A stretch of DNA of 64,000 bases from Desulfurococcaceae archaeon (GTDB taxonomy: Archaea > Thermoproteota > Thermoprotei_A > Sulfolobales > Desulfurococcaceae), in assembly GCA_038816475.1 (NCBI GenBank), contig JAWBAI010000004.1, positions 32,001 to 96,000 of the forward strand, given 5' to 3'. A model generated the notes under the pieces. That model searched no databases and was not told the origin of the DNA. It saw only the letters and a program-made list of their open reading frames with translations. Positions within the stretch are counted from its first letter, which is position 1; every line of letters begins with the position of its first letter. Of this stretch, positions 10,418 through 18,695 are shown piece after piece. A program made the position numbers and the translations under genes.

Positions 10418-10897
10418 CTACTTCATAGCAATAAACCTGCTGCTCTTGGTAGCTTTGAGCCCAGGCTCTCCATGTGTAACTTTCTTCGTACTTGAGCTGA
10501 ACTCGCCAAGCCTGTGTCCGATCATCTCTGGTAAGACCTTGAACTGTACGTACTCCTTGCCATTGTATACTGCAAAGGTTAATCCAACCATTTCAGGCAG
10601 AATTACCATGTCTCTCACATGCGTTTTTATAACGGTTTTCTTGGCTTTCTCGGGGTCCCTTATCACTTTTCTGATCTTTGCGAGAAGCTTAATCTGCTCC
10701 TTCGTAAAACCTCTAGTCAAGCTTCTCCGCTGTCTTGCTGGTAGAAGCTTTGCAAACTCGTCTAGAGACATTGTTAGCAACTCCTCTAGTGTTTTACCTC
10801 TGTACTTGAATCTCTTCCACTCTGGTGGTATGTCCTGCAGATGTGGAGGTAATCTCAACGGTTGCTTAGTCTGTGAAGTACTCATGTACAACGACAC
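10418..10897 (-). CDS. rps19: 30S ribosomal protein uS19
   Basis: [42 protein letters not shown]. Confidence 0.98.
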   Translation of the reverse strand: MSLYMSTSQTKQPLRLPPHLQDIPPEWKRFKYRGKTLEELLTMSLDEFAKLLPARQRRSLTRGFTKEQIKLLAKIRKVIRDPEKAKKTVIKTHVRDMVILPEMVGLTFAVYNGKEYVQFKVLPEMIGHRLGEFSSSTKKVTHGEPGLKATKSSRFIAMK

Positions 10898-10983
10898 CTC
10901 TGAATAAGCACGTATTCTTCTTTAACCTCTAGTTCAAAAAGCTTATATCTTGCAATAGGTAATAAAGCAGACACTGATAACAC

Positions 10984-11706
10984 CTACCGAACTTTTCCAC
11001 GTTTTCTACCTGTTCTTCTCGCTGCGATGTGTCCAACTTTTCTTCCGGGGGGCGTTGTCCTAGCCACTGTTGTTGGTCTACCAACATGTCTACCACCTCC
11101 ATGCGGGTGAGATACTGGGTTCATTGCTACACCTCTTACTCTAGGCCACCAGTAGCTTTTCGCCTTCCACTTGTAGTAAGCTGCACCTGCTTTTAGCAGA
11201 GGCTTCTCAAGTCTTCCTCCTCCGGCTATTACCCCTATCATAGCTCTCGCCTGACTTGAAACTTCGATCACCTTACCGCTGGGTAGTTGAACCTTTACCT
11301 TATCCCCGGATTTTCCTAGTACTATACCGTAGGCTCCACTGGCTCTAGCATATCTGCCACCGTCTCCGTAGATCTTCTCGATGTTCGACACTTGTGCTCC
11401 CTCTGGTATCATGCCTATAGGTAGAATGTTACCATTAGCCACTCTTGCGCTTGGCCCTATTTCTATTATCTGTCCCTTGTACATTCCTTCAACGGCTGGT
11501 GCATAGAACACTTCTCCACTTTCAAGCTCTACTTCTGCCAAAGGCACCCATCTACCAGGGTCGTGAATAAGTTCTTTAATTACGGCTTTGTACGTTTTGT
11601 TTGGATCGAGTAAAGGATACCTGGCTGGAGCTATGTGCAAATGGTCGGGTGTTCTCCAAGTTGGTGATCCTCTACCACGTCTTTGTACTATTATTCTCTT
11701 ACCCAC
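10984..11706 (-). CDS. rpl2: 50S ribosomal protein uL2
   Basis: MGKRIIVQRRGRG, HDPGR, RVRGVAMNPVSHPHGGG, PPGRKVG. Confidence 0.99.
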   Translation of the reverse strand: MGKRIIVQRRGRGSPTWRTPDHLHIAPARYPLLDPNKTYKAVIKELIHDPGRWVPLAEVELESGEVFYAPAVEGMYKGQIIEIGPSARVANGNILPIGMIPEGAQVSNIEKIYGDGGRYARASGAYGIVLGKSGDKVKVQLPSGKVIEVSSQARAMIGVIAGGGRLEKPLLKAGAAYYKWKAKSYWWPRVRGVAMNPVSHPHGGGRHVGRPTTVARTTPPGRKVGHIAARRTGRKRGKVR

Positions 11707-11721
11707 TCTGGATCACCACCA

Positions 11722-12003
11722 CTACATTATACCAAGCTTTGTTGCTACTTCGGATGCTTTGAATTCTGGCGATAGTTTTACGTAAGCTTTCTTCTCGCCG
11801 GTTGCAGTTATTAATGTTCTAACACTTTCAACCTTTACTCCGAATAGAGCTTCAACAGCTCTTTTAATGTCGTGTTTTGTTGCGTTTATATCAACTATAA
11901 ATGTAAGCGTGTTCTGCTTATCTATGAGCCACAAGGCTTTCTCTGTTTGAAGAGGTCTTAGGATAATTCTTAGGTATCTTTTCTCCTCACTATCTGCTGT
12001 CAT
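11722..12003 (-). CDS. rpl23: 50S ribosomal protein uL23
   Basis: [19 protein letters not shown]. Confidence 0.97.
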   Translation of the reverse strand: MTADSEEKRYLRIILRPLQTEKALWLIDKQNTLTFIVDINATKHDIKRAVEALFGVKVESVRTLITATGEKKAYVKLSPEFKASEVATKLGIM

Positions 12004-12833
12004 ATGTAGATCACCTCGTACTTCTTTGCGATCTTTTCCAGCGCAGGCAGTGTTATGACAGTAAGACGTCCGGGCACTCCTCCTGGTGCTAAGTGTAGAA
12101 TACTTAGATTACTTGGTGTTGCGATATCTACGCCGGGCAGATTTCTTACGGCTTTAGCAAAGGGTGTTAGGTAGCTGGATAGTATGAAGAGAACACTCCT
12201 TGGCTCAGTGTACCTTCTTCCCCTCATTTTTCCTTTTCCAGCTCTTATTCTAATTCTATCGTAGCTTCTCTCGATGTCCGTCCAGACGCCTATCTTCTCC
12301 AGGTAGTACTTAACATCCTTTGTTCTAGCGTAGGCTGTTTCAACAGCATCTTCAACTACAACTGGTAGCTTATCAACTGTAAAGACATGTCCACGTTCTC
12401 TGACGATATTTACTCTCGCTGTAGCGGCTAATGCTGAAATAATTGCACTAATTCTCTCCTGTTTGTTCACTTCTTCGTGTATATTCCTATCAGGTCTTGG
12501 AGGAAACGCTAATCTTCCTTTTCGTGCAAACGGCACGAATCGAGCTGTACCATCAGGTAACCTTGGAACACGTGATAACCCGTATCCTACACCCCAAAAT
12601 CTGGCCGTTGTCCTTTTGCCTGCGAGAGGATCTCTACCCTTTGGTTGCAGCATAGCGGTGAATGCTGAAAGGAAAGCACGGTTTATGATGTCTTTTCTTA
12701 CTGGGTAGTAGAATATGCTAGGTAGCTCTATTTCTTTGATTACATTACCGTTCACGTCGAACAAATACGCAGTGAGCTTCTCAACTTCTAACCGTGGATC
12801 TTTAATCGCAACTACGGGCTTCACTTTTACCAC
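12000..12833 (-). CDS. rpl4: 50S ribosomal protein uL4
   Basis: [39 protein letters not shown]. Confidence 0.98.
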   Translation of the reverse strand: MVKVKPVVAIKDPRLEVEKLTAYLFDVNGNVIKEIELPSIFYYPVRKDIINRAFLSAFTAMLQPKGRDPLAGKRTTARFWGVGYGLSRVPRLPDGTARFVPFARKGRLAFPPRPDRNIHEEVNKQERISAIISALAATARVNIVRERGHVFTVDKLPVVVEDAVETAYARTKDVKYYLEKIGVWTDIERSYDRIRIRAGKGKMRGRRYTEPRSVLFILSSYLTPFAKAVRNLPGVDIATPSNLSILHLAPGGVPGRLTVITLPALEKIAKKYEVIYI

Positions 12834-14027
12834 CTAAGCACCTTGTTTACTCTCTAAGCTCAAGTAGACTATTTTAGGCGCTGAGATCGGTATCCACTTG
12901 TGCGGAGGCCTTATCGGATGCCTTAGTATAAGTAACCTCTTAGCTGGTCCTATGGTTGAATCCTTCAGAAGTATGTATGGACCGTATATTAGACCATAAT
13001 GTAGGAAACCACCTTTCACTACAACCTCAGGACCAAATGTACCGATTTTTACAATCCTCTTGTTAAACTCCGTTCTCCTGTGGAAGCCCATTTGACCAGC
13101 TTGCGGCACCTCGCTCATAGAGTAGGTGAACGCTGGACCTCTAGTTCCAACCTTTCTACTGCCTTTTCTGTGTTTATGCCACCTCGGGAGTTCCTTAACG
13201 CCGAACCTTTTTATTACCCCCTGGAACCCGTGACCCTTCGTAACACCTATTACATCCACGAACTGACCTTCGAGAAACACGTCGTATGGTGTAAGGTAGG
13301 AACCTAGTATGGACTCCGCATACTTTACGACTTCGTCTAGGTTTCCGCCGTGTATTTTCACCTCGAGTATTTCTGCCTTCTTCTTGCCGATACCGGATAA
13401 TGGGGGTACCGTAGTGACAATCGCTCTTACCTCTACTATATCCCCACTTAACACCTTCTTAAGATCCTCTTCGCTAGATTCAGCGACGAACTTATAACCG
13501 AGTTCACTGCTAGGGTCAGGTTTTACAAGGCCGTGGTTAACCTTCCTAAGTCCGTGAAGATACTTTCTAGCTACCTCCTTTGGACTGAGGGTCCATAGTG
13601 GATTACTTGAATAAAAGGTTTCTGTAGCCTTAATTAGCGCATCAACGGGGTTTCTCCAGGCTTCGCCCATGGTTTTTAAGTAACCGTTCTCATCTCGGGC
13701 ATATGTTCTAATACCAACAACTAGTATAGGAGGAGCATCAAGTACCGTTATAGGTACAAATACCTCCTTACCTGTGAACGGGGTGTTTGGTCTATCTTCA
13801 ATTATGATAGCATGGGTCATTCCAGCCTTGTAGACCGGGTAAGCAAGCAGAAGAGGTTTACTCGAGATGTTCCTCTCAAGAGCTTCTTTGCTGTACTTTT
13901 CAACTACGATATCAAACCAGCTGGTTTCAGGCCAACTTTTAATTCGAGGTGTAAGTTCTTCCGCTCTCTTGCGTGGTCTTACTCCTAGACTTCCATGTCT
14001 TGGAGCACTTAACTTCCTATGGCCCAA
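12834..14027 (-). CDS. rpl3: 50S ribosomal protein uL3
   Basis: [45 protein letters not shown]. Confidence 0.99.
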   Translation of the reverse strand: MGHRKLSAPRHGSLGVRPRKRAEELTPRIKSWPETSWFDIVVEKYSKEALERNISSKPLLLAYPVYKAGMTHAIIIEDRPNTPFTGKEVFVPITVLDAPPILVVGIRTYARDENGYLKTMGEAWRNPVDALIKATETFYSSNPLWTLSPKEVARKYLHGLRKVNHGLVKPDPSSELGYKFVAESSEEDLKKVLSGDIVEVRAIVTTVPPLSGIGKKKAEILEVKIHGGNLDEVVKYAESILGSYLTPYDVFLEGQFVDVIGVTKGHGFQGVIKRFGVKELPRWHKHRKGSRKVGTRGPAFTYSMSEVPQAGQMGFHRRTEFNKRIVKIGTFGPEVVVKGGFLHYGLIYGPYILLKDSTIGPAKRLLILRHPIRPPHKWIPISAPKIVYLSLESKQGA

Positions 14028-14076
14028 GCTAAGTCACCATGATAAGCATACTACCTATCTACTAAACGTGAGTACC

Positions 14077-14083
14077 TTTTATA
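14077..14083 (-). promoter_or_regulatory. Putative TATA box of the ribosomal protein superoperon
   Basis: TATAAAA on the - strand, ~50 nt upstream of the rpl3 TTG; GGTGA RBS present. Confidence 0.4.
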
Positions 14084-14103
14084 CTCCACAACGAAACAGA
14101 TTC

Positions 14104-14940
14104 CTATATACCTTTTAAGTATATGTTCACTATTGCGAGAGTTATTATGAGAGCTTCCTCTGTTCTAACCGTGGCGACTTTTTGCTCTGGAACAGTGTTC
14201 CAGATGAAGTCAGCGTAGTCTTGTATCCTGAAGTGTTCTTGCTCGGATAGCTCAAACAGATCGTACTTAGGACTACCGAACAGTATTAGCAAGTCGCGTC
14301 CTCTCATCCCCTCGACCTCGTGAAGCGTGGGAACAGAGCCTTTTCTGTCTGTGACTATAATGTAATCAACTATTCCACGATACCTGGTTACAGTCTCTTT
14401 TAAACTGCTCGTGGAAGCTAGTACGGGACCTCTATAGACCTCTTTGTCTAGGCATACAGCTTCCCGGTTTTCACTGCTTATTACCTTAACAAGGACTACA
14501 CTGTTTACTTTACTGCATTCTCCGATTATTTTAAAGGGTTCTATGCTTCCTAAGTGGGCTTTCAGCTCACCATTACTACCCCGGAATACGTATGCTAATC
14601 TCTCTTCACCTGAAATGGGTTTTCTGCTAACGTTAAACACGTTTAACCTTATAGGTGGCAACATACCAGCATATTTCAATTCAGGTGAGAGAGGTACCAG
14701 TATTTTACGTAGATAAGGAGGTGTAAACAGGTATTTCCAGTGCTCTCGTATAATACGCAGATGTTCGTTGAATTCTTCAGTACTTGTTGAAAAATCTTTG
14801 TAGAACACTACCTCGCTTACTCCGAATATCGAGGTCCATCTGGCTACCTGATGAACTCTAAAAGACTTCTGTATAAGAGAAGGTTCAACGCTTAATATAC
14901 TACTCGGTAGTGCAACGCGAATTCTCGTTTTTACCATCAA
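14104..14940 (-). CDS. SPOUT-family RNA methyltransferase (COG2106/SPOUT1-like)
   Basis: YLFTPPYLRK, AGMLPPI, FGSP, WNTVPEQKVATVRTEEA; known neighbour of rpl3 in archaea. Confidence 0.9.
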   Translation of the reverse strand: MMVKTRIRVALPSSILSVEPSLIQKSFRVHQVARWTSIFGVSEVVFYKDFSTSTEEFNEHLRIIREHWKYLFTPPYLRKILVPLSPELKYAGMLPPIRLNVFNVSRKPISGEERLAYVFRGSNGELKAHLGSIEPFKIIGECSKVNSVVLVKVISSENREAVCLDKEVYRGPVLASTSSLKETVTRYRGIVDYIIVTDRKGSVPTLHEVEGMRGRDLLILFGSPKYDLFELSEQEHFRIQDYADFIWNTVPEQKVATVRTEEALIITLAIVNIYLKGI

Positions 14941-14964
14941 CTACACACTGCGGATACGCTTGTT

Positions 14965-15099
14965 CTACTTTTTCTCCTCACTTTTCTGCTGCTTGGACTT
15001 TTCCTTGGCTTTTTCTCTGATCTCCTTTGATCTCTCTTCCTCTGTTTTCTTAGTGGTCTCCTTCATCATGAATATGGTTGTCTTCTGCCTACCACCCAT
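14965..15099 (-). CDS. Small highly charged protein (44 aa), function unknown
   Basis: Not in track; MGGRQKTTIFMMKETTKKTEEERSKEIREKAKEKSKQQKSEEKK with a GGTGA RBS 6 nt upstream; same strand as the r-protein operon. Confidence 0.6.
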   Translation of the reverse strand: MGGRQKTTIFMMKETTKKTEEERSKEIREKAKEKSKQQKSEEKK

Positions 15100-15161
15100 A
15101 CAGTTTCACCTGTTTCTATTTTCGTTAAAAACAATACAGAGTAATCCAGTTTTATACCTGC

Positions 15162-16814
15162 TTAGCGCTTTTGCAGAGTTCTAAGTTTTAGTGGAGTATG
15201 AATGTTCAGCACCTTAGCATTCTTTAGGACAGCGTTAACGTATATAGCTTCACCTACGCTCAGCTTAGATAACACTGATGCCAGTTCCGGCTTTATTCCG
15301 AGTATTTTCCTCACTTTGTCCAGATACTCCTCGTTCTTAGACCCGAAGACTAGTATGTTATAGATGTTCTCCAGTATTTCGTTAGGGAAGTCTTCGGGAC
15401 CTTGGGAGGATACCACTACGCCCAACTTTCTACTCCTACCCTCACGGACGATCTCTAGTAGTGTCTTCAATTTGAGTATTCTCCATGCATCGTCTACTAG
15501 CAGGAGGAGACCCTTCTCGCTGCTTTCTCTAAGTAATAGATGCCTCACTATTCCGAGAAGTAGCGATGCATATGTGTTCTGGAAAGTTGTACCTCTACCT
15601 TCGAGGTTTATTAAAACGAGCGCGTTGCCTCGTGCTAGGTGCTTTTTAATCCACTCGTAATCCGTGTTTACTTCAATGAACTCTACGAATGGTATAATAA
15701 CGGATGCGGAAGGATTCTTTGAAGCCTCCTTTGGGTCTCTCTCCACGACAACTAATGCTTTTAGAACAATCTCGGGACTTATTCCACCAGCGTGAGATAA
15801 GGATTCTACGACAACCCCTCTCCAGCTCATGTACTCAATACCTGGAGGAGGATTTAAGATGTTTATTGGTGCATTATCCGGGGTGAGAACAGGTATAAGT
15901 TCATCCGAGATGTAATGACGAAGATCACCCTTAAAGTCTATGATAACAACATCTGAAAACCCCTCCGAGACAACCTGCTCTACTAGAGACGCTAGTAGTG
16001 TGGATTTTCCTCTCCCAGTTGGACCAATAACGGCTATGTGGTGATACAAGTACTTAAGTTGGAGAACAACGGGATGCATAGTGCTCTTCTCGAAACCTAT
16101 CAGAATTCCGGGTTCATCGATCATGGGTTTGTCTAGTGTTACCGGTTGAAAATACGAAAGCCTATCTGCTTCGATGTGAATGCTTGATAACTCTGTTTTT
16201 GCATTTAAACCAAGAACACTGAGAATGAACGAAGCTATTTCACTATAACCCGCTCTTTCAAGTCGGAGTCCAAAACTGTTCTTAAAAACAGACGTAACAA
16301 TCGACTCGTAGTAGTCAGCCATGCTCTTGGCTGTACTTTTATCTTTTGCATCAATTCTAAACACTACAGCAAGTGATATCTTTAGAAAAGGTTTGCCTTC
16401 AATTATAGCATGATACAAGGTCTTCAGCTTATCAAGCTTAACTCTAAGTTTAAGTTTTTCTGTTTCACTCTGAACGAGTTCGAGGTCAGCTTGCGTATTC
16501 AATATAGAGTTCTTGAGATTCTTTAGATATCTATCCAGGTCGAACTCCTCCTTGTAAAGATACAAGTGAACACTCGATGGCAAGGACTTGAGCAGAGCTA
16601 CGTATTCCTCAAATATGGTTTTACTGCGTTCACTCAGAAGTTCTTCAACATCATACTCTGTATCTCTGCATATGAGTATTCTGCTTAAAACAACTCCGCT
16701 AGGGTATTGAATAATCAAGTCCGGGGGATCTACCTCAACATTCCTTATTTTTAATTGTATAATTTTGAACCCTAACTCTGTTAAAAACTTAGCGAGGAGC
16801 TTCACGGTTATCAA
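15162..16814 (-). CDS. cedB: CedB-like VirB4/HerA-family ATPase of the Ced DNA-import system
   Basis: Walker A GPTGRGKST, IIDFKGD, Walker B LLLVDDAW, REGRSRKLG..SQ; last gene of the cedA1-cedA-cedA2 operon. Confidence 0.8.
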   Translation of the reverse strand: MITVKLLAKFLTELGFKIIQLKIRNVEVDPPDLIIQYPSGVVLSRILICRDTEYDVEELLSERSKTIFEEYVALLKSLPSSVHLYLYKEEFDLDRYLKNLKNSILNTQADLELVQSETEKLKLRVKLDKLKTLYHAIIEGKPFLKISLAVVFRIDAKDKSTAKSMADYYESIVTSVFKNSFGLRLERAGYSEIASFILSVLGLNAKTELSSIHIEADRLSYFQPVTLDKPMIDEPGILIGFEKSTMHPVVLQLKYLYHHIAVIGPTGRGKSTLLASLVEQVVSEGFSDVVIIDFKGDLRHYISDELIPVLTPDNAPINILNPPPGIEYMSWRGVVVESLSHAGGISPEIVLKALVVVERDPKEASKNPSASVIIPFVEFIEVNTDYEWIKKHLARGNALVLINLEGRGTTFQNTYASLLLGIVRHLLLRESSEKGLLLLVDDAWRILKLKTLLEIVREGRSRKLGVVVSSQGPEDFPNEILENIYNILVFGSKNEEYLDKVRKILGIKPELASVLSKLSVGEAIYVNAVLKNAKVLNIHTPLKLRTLQKR

Positions 16815-16962
16815 CCTCCTTGTGAATAAGTATTAGTACCGTAAGAAACACTGCAGATAGTATTAAGTAGAGTATATCACCAGTAAAGTAGTACTCGATT
16901 GTACCATACGTAGCAACTATCGACATGACTAGTAGTTTAACAACATTGGTTTTCCTACTCAT
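16789..16962 (-). CDS. cedA2: Small 2-TM protein, CedA2-like
   Basis: Not in track; MSRKTNVVKLLVMSIVATYGTIEYYFTGDILYLILSAVFLTVLILIHKEVDNREAPR (57 aa); ATGA overlap with the cedA stop; sits at the cedA2 position. Confidence 0.7.
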   Translation of the reverse strand: MSRKTNVVKLLVMSIVATYGTIEYYFTGDILYLILSAVFLTVLILIHKEVDNREAPR

Positions 16963-18353
16963 AAATTACCAGCCGCCAACCTCATAATCGTACTAGAGTA
17001 TCCGCCGAGTAACCTTGCTACACTTATGGAGATCGCGATGAGAATACCCATGTAGATCATGGGAAGTAGTACCAGCTCGATGAAGCCATACACAGCGTAT
17101 ACAAATAAAGCCTCAGGTGAGAACACATCCACTTCCACAGCTTTCAGTATGAAAGGCTCTATGGCTACGTTTATTGGTGTGGTCTTGTAGAAGTCCAGGA
17201 CTATGGTTAAGTTGTAAGTGCCCGGATTTATTGAAATCTCGTAGATGGAGTACCAGACACCATACCATTCTCCTATTCTTCTACTTGGACTTGGAATAAC
17301 AGTGTTGTTTAAGTAAATTGTAACACCATCTTCACTTTCCGTGTATATTTCTATAGAACCATCTACACCCGTGTGTAGCTGTACCTGAACAACTCTATCG
17401 GCTCTCTCCACTCTTAGTATTGTTATATTAGAGCTAAAGAACACGAATCTATTGGGGGCAAGGAATACTCCATCCACAACTTGGTATGTTCTGTTCATAG
17501 GCTCCTCATTACTTCTTCTGAAGGTTGCTATGTATGTGTTATTGGCTATATCAAATACGATCGTGTGGTTTCTACACGGAAACCCCAAACCAGCTGAAAC
17601 AACAAGTTCACCTTGCTCATTAAGTTTGTACTTGTAAAGTAACTCTCCTGTTCTAGAATCATAACCTTCAATTACAGCAGGACCCATGGAAGTCCTAGAA
17701 GCATCCACTAATCTAAGACTAGCCGTACACACTGGCTCCTTGTACCTCAGTGGTGGTTGAACACCGCTAATGATCAGAGACGAAAAGGCGGGCATAAGTG
17801 GTATTCCTAGAATAAACACTATTGCGAAGGATAGTATCGTTGATCCAACGCTCCTGGTTAATTTGAATGGAACAGCGTGTAATACGAGCCCTAGAGCCAT
17901 TAGTAGTTTAAAAGACGTGAATAGAACAGTTGCTATTACTAGAATAAATAGGAGCATCATATAGGATGATGTAACCAAATTGGTTATCGGAGTTAAAATA
18001 ACTGAGGTAATAAACCTGAAACCTAGTTTATCTAAAGCAATACCTAGAGCCTTGAGAACTGCCAGAAGGTTTGTGATCATGGATAACCTGTCTGTTAACC
18101 AGTAGCCGAACGCGATCCAATCACTACCTAGTACACGTCCCAAGTATTCCATTAACCGAAATATCAAGTTGTATGAGAACACCAGAGTCGCAGAGAATAA
18201 TCCATCGGCAACTAGACTTCTACCTAGCTTCTTAATGCTAATAAACGGCAGAGGCAAAGCTTTTAGTAGAAGACCTAAGCAGTAAGATAGTACAGAGAGA
18301 TAGAATGCCAAAGTTAGCAAGTCCATTAAAAACAGCACCGTTTCTGTGAACAA
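16959..18353 (-). CDS. cedA: CedA multi-pass membrane protein (DNA-import channel) with a large soluble insertion
   Basis: N-terminal GLLLKALPLPF..KKLG..L..DG motif, several TMs, PFKLTRSVG..L motif, C-terminal TM; follows cedA1. Confidence 0.85.
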   Translation of the reverse strand: MFTETVLFLMDLLTLAFYLSVLSYCLGLLLKALPLPFISIKKLGRSLVADGLFSATLVFSYNLIFRLMEYLGRVLGSDWIAFGYWLTDRLSMITNLLAVLKALGIALDKLGFRFITSVILTPITNLVTSSYMMLLFILVIATVLFTSFKLLMALGLVLHAVPFKLTRSVGSTILSFAIVFILGIPLMPAFSSLIISGVQPPLRYKEPVCTASLRLVDASRTSMGPAVIEGYDSRTGELLYKYKLNEQGELVVSAGLGFPCRNHTIVFDIANNTYIATFRRSNEEPMNRTYQVVDGVFLAPNRFVFFSSNITILRVERADRVVQVQLHTGVDGSIEIYTESEDGVTIYLNNTVIPSPSRRIGEWYGVWYSIYEISINPGTYNLTIVLDFYKTTPINVAIEPFILKAVEVDVFSPEALFVYAVYGFIELVLLPMIYMGILIAISISVARLLGGYSSTIMRLAAGNL

Positions 18354-18356
18354 GTG

Positions 18357-18623
18357 CTAAGGCATTTGAGGTGGTTGTGGCATTGGCAACTGAATTGACG
18401 ATGTAATGTAAGATATGATCGCGAATACAGTCGTTCCCATGGCTAACCAGAAAGCAGCCCACAGGGCATCCTCGATCATCTTACTACCTGTCTTCTTAAC
18501 TTTCACGAACGGTAATGGTAAACCTTTTATTAACCAGCCGATAACCCAGGCGAGTAGAAAAACAAACCAAGCTATAATAACCACCATTGTTATTAAACCT
18601 TTGACAAACTCCACAACACTCAC
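18357..18623 (-). CDS. cedA1: CedA1 pilin (VirB2-like) of the Ced system
   Basis: AW..F.LAW.IGW.IKG.PLPF.KVKK.G..MIEDA.WAAFWLA.G signature; GTG 18623 follows a GGGTGA RBS (track start 18638). Confidence 0.9.
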   Translation of the reverse strand: MSVVEFVKGLITMVVIIAWFVFLLAWVIGWLIKGLPLPFVKVKKTGSKMIEDALWAAFWLAMGTTVFAIISYITSSIQLPMPQPPQMP

Positions 18624-18646
18624 TATTATCACCCACAATAATGAGC

Positions 18647-18676
18647 ATCTTAACTAGAGGAGAGAGTGGCGAAAGT
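18647..18676 (-). promoter_or_regulatory. ced operon promoter with ANTTTC DNA-damage-responsive element
   Basis: ACTTTC (18676-18671), 17 nt spacer, then TTAAGA TATA-like box; hexamer is 53-48 nt before the cedA1 GTG. Confidence 0.65.
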
Positions 18677-18695
18677 TACACAGCGGTGAACTGCT

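Noticed and set aside
440-14716. Many 60-150 aa + strand ORFs over the ribosomal operon (similar shadows occur across the window)
   Set aside because: Antisense or out-of-frame shadows of well-conserved genes.
14960-15184. 74-aa F/S/L-rich + strand ORF
   Set aside because: Antisense shadow of the K/E-rich micro-ORF; no RBS.
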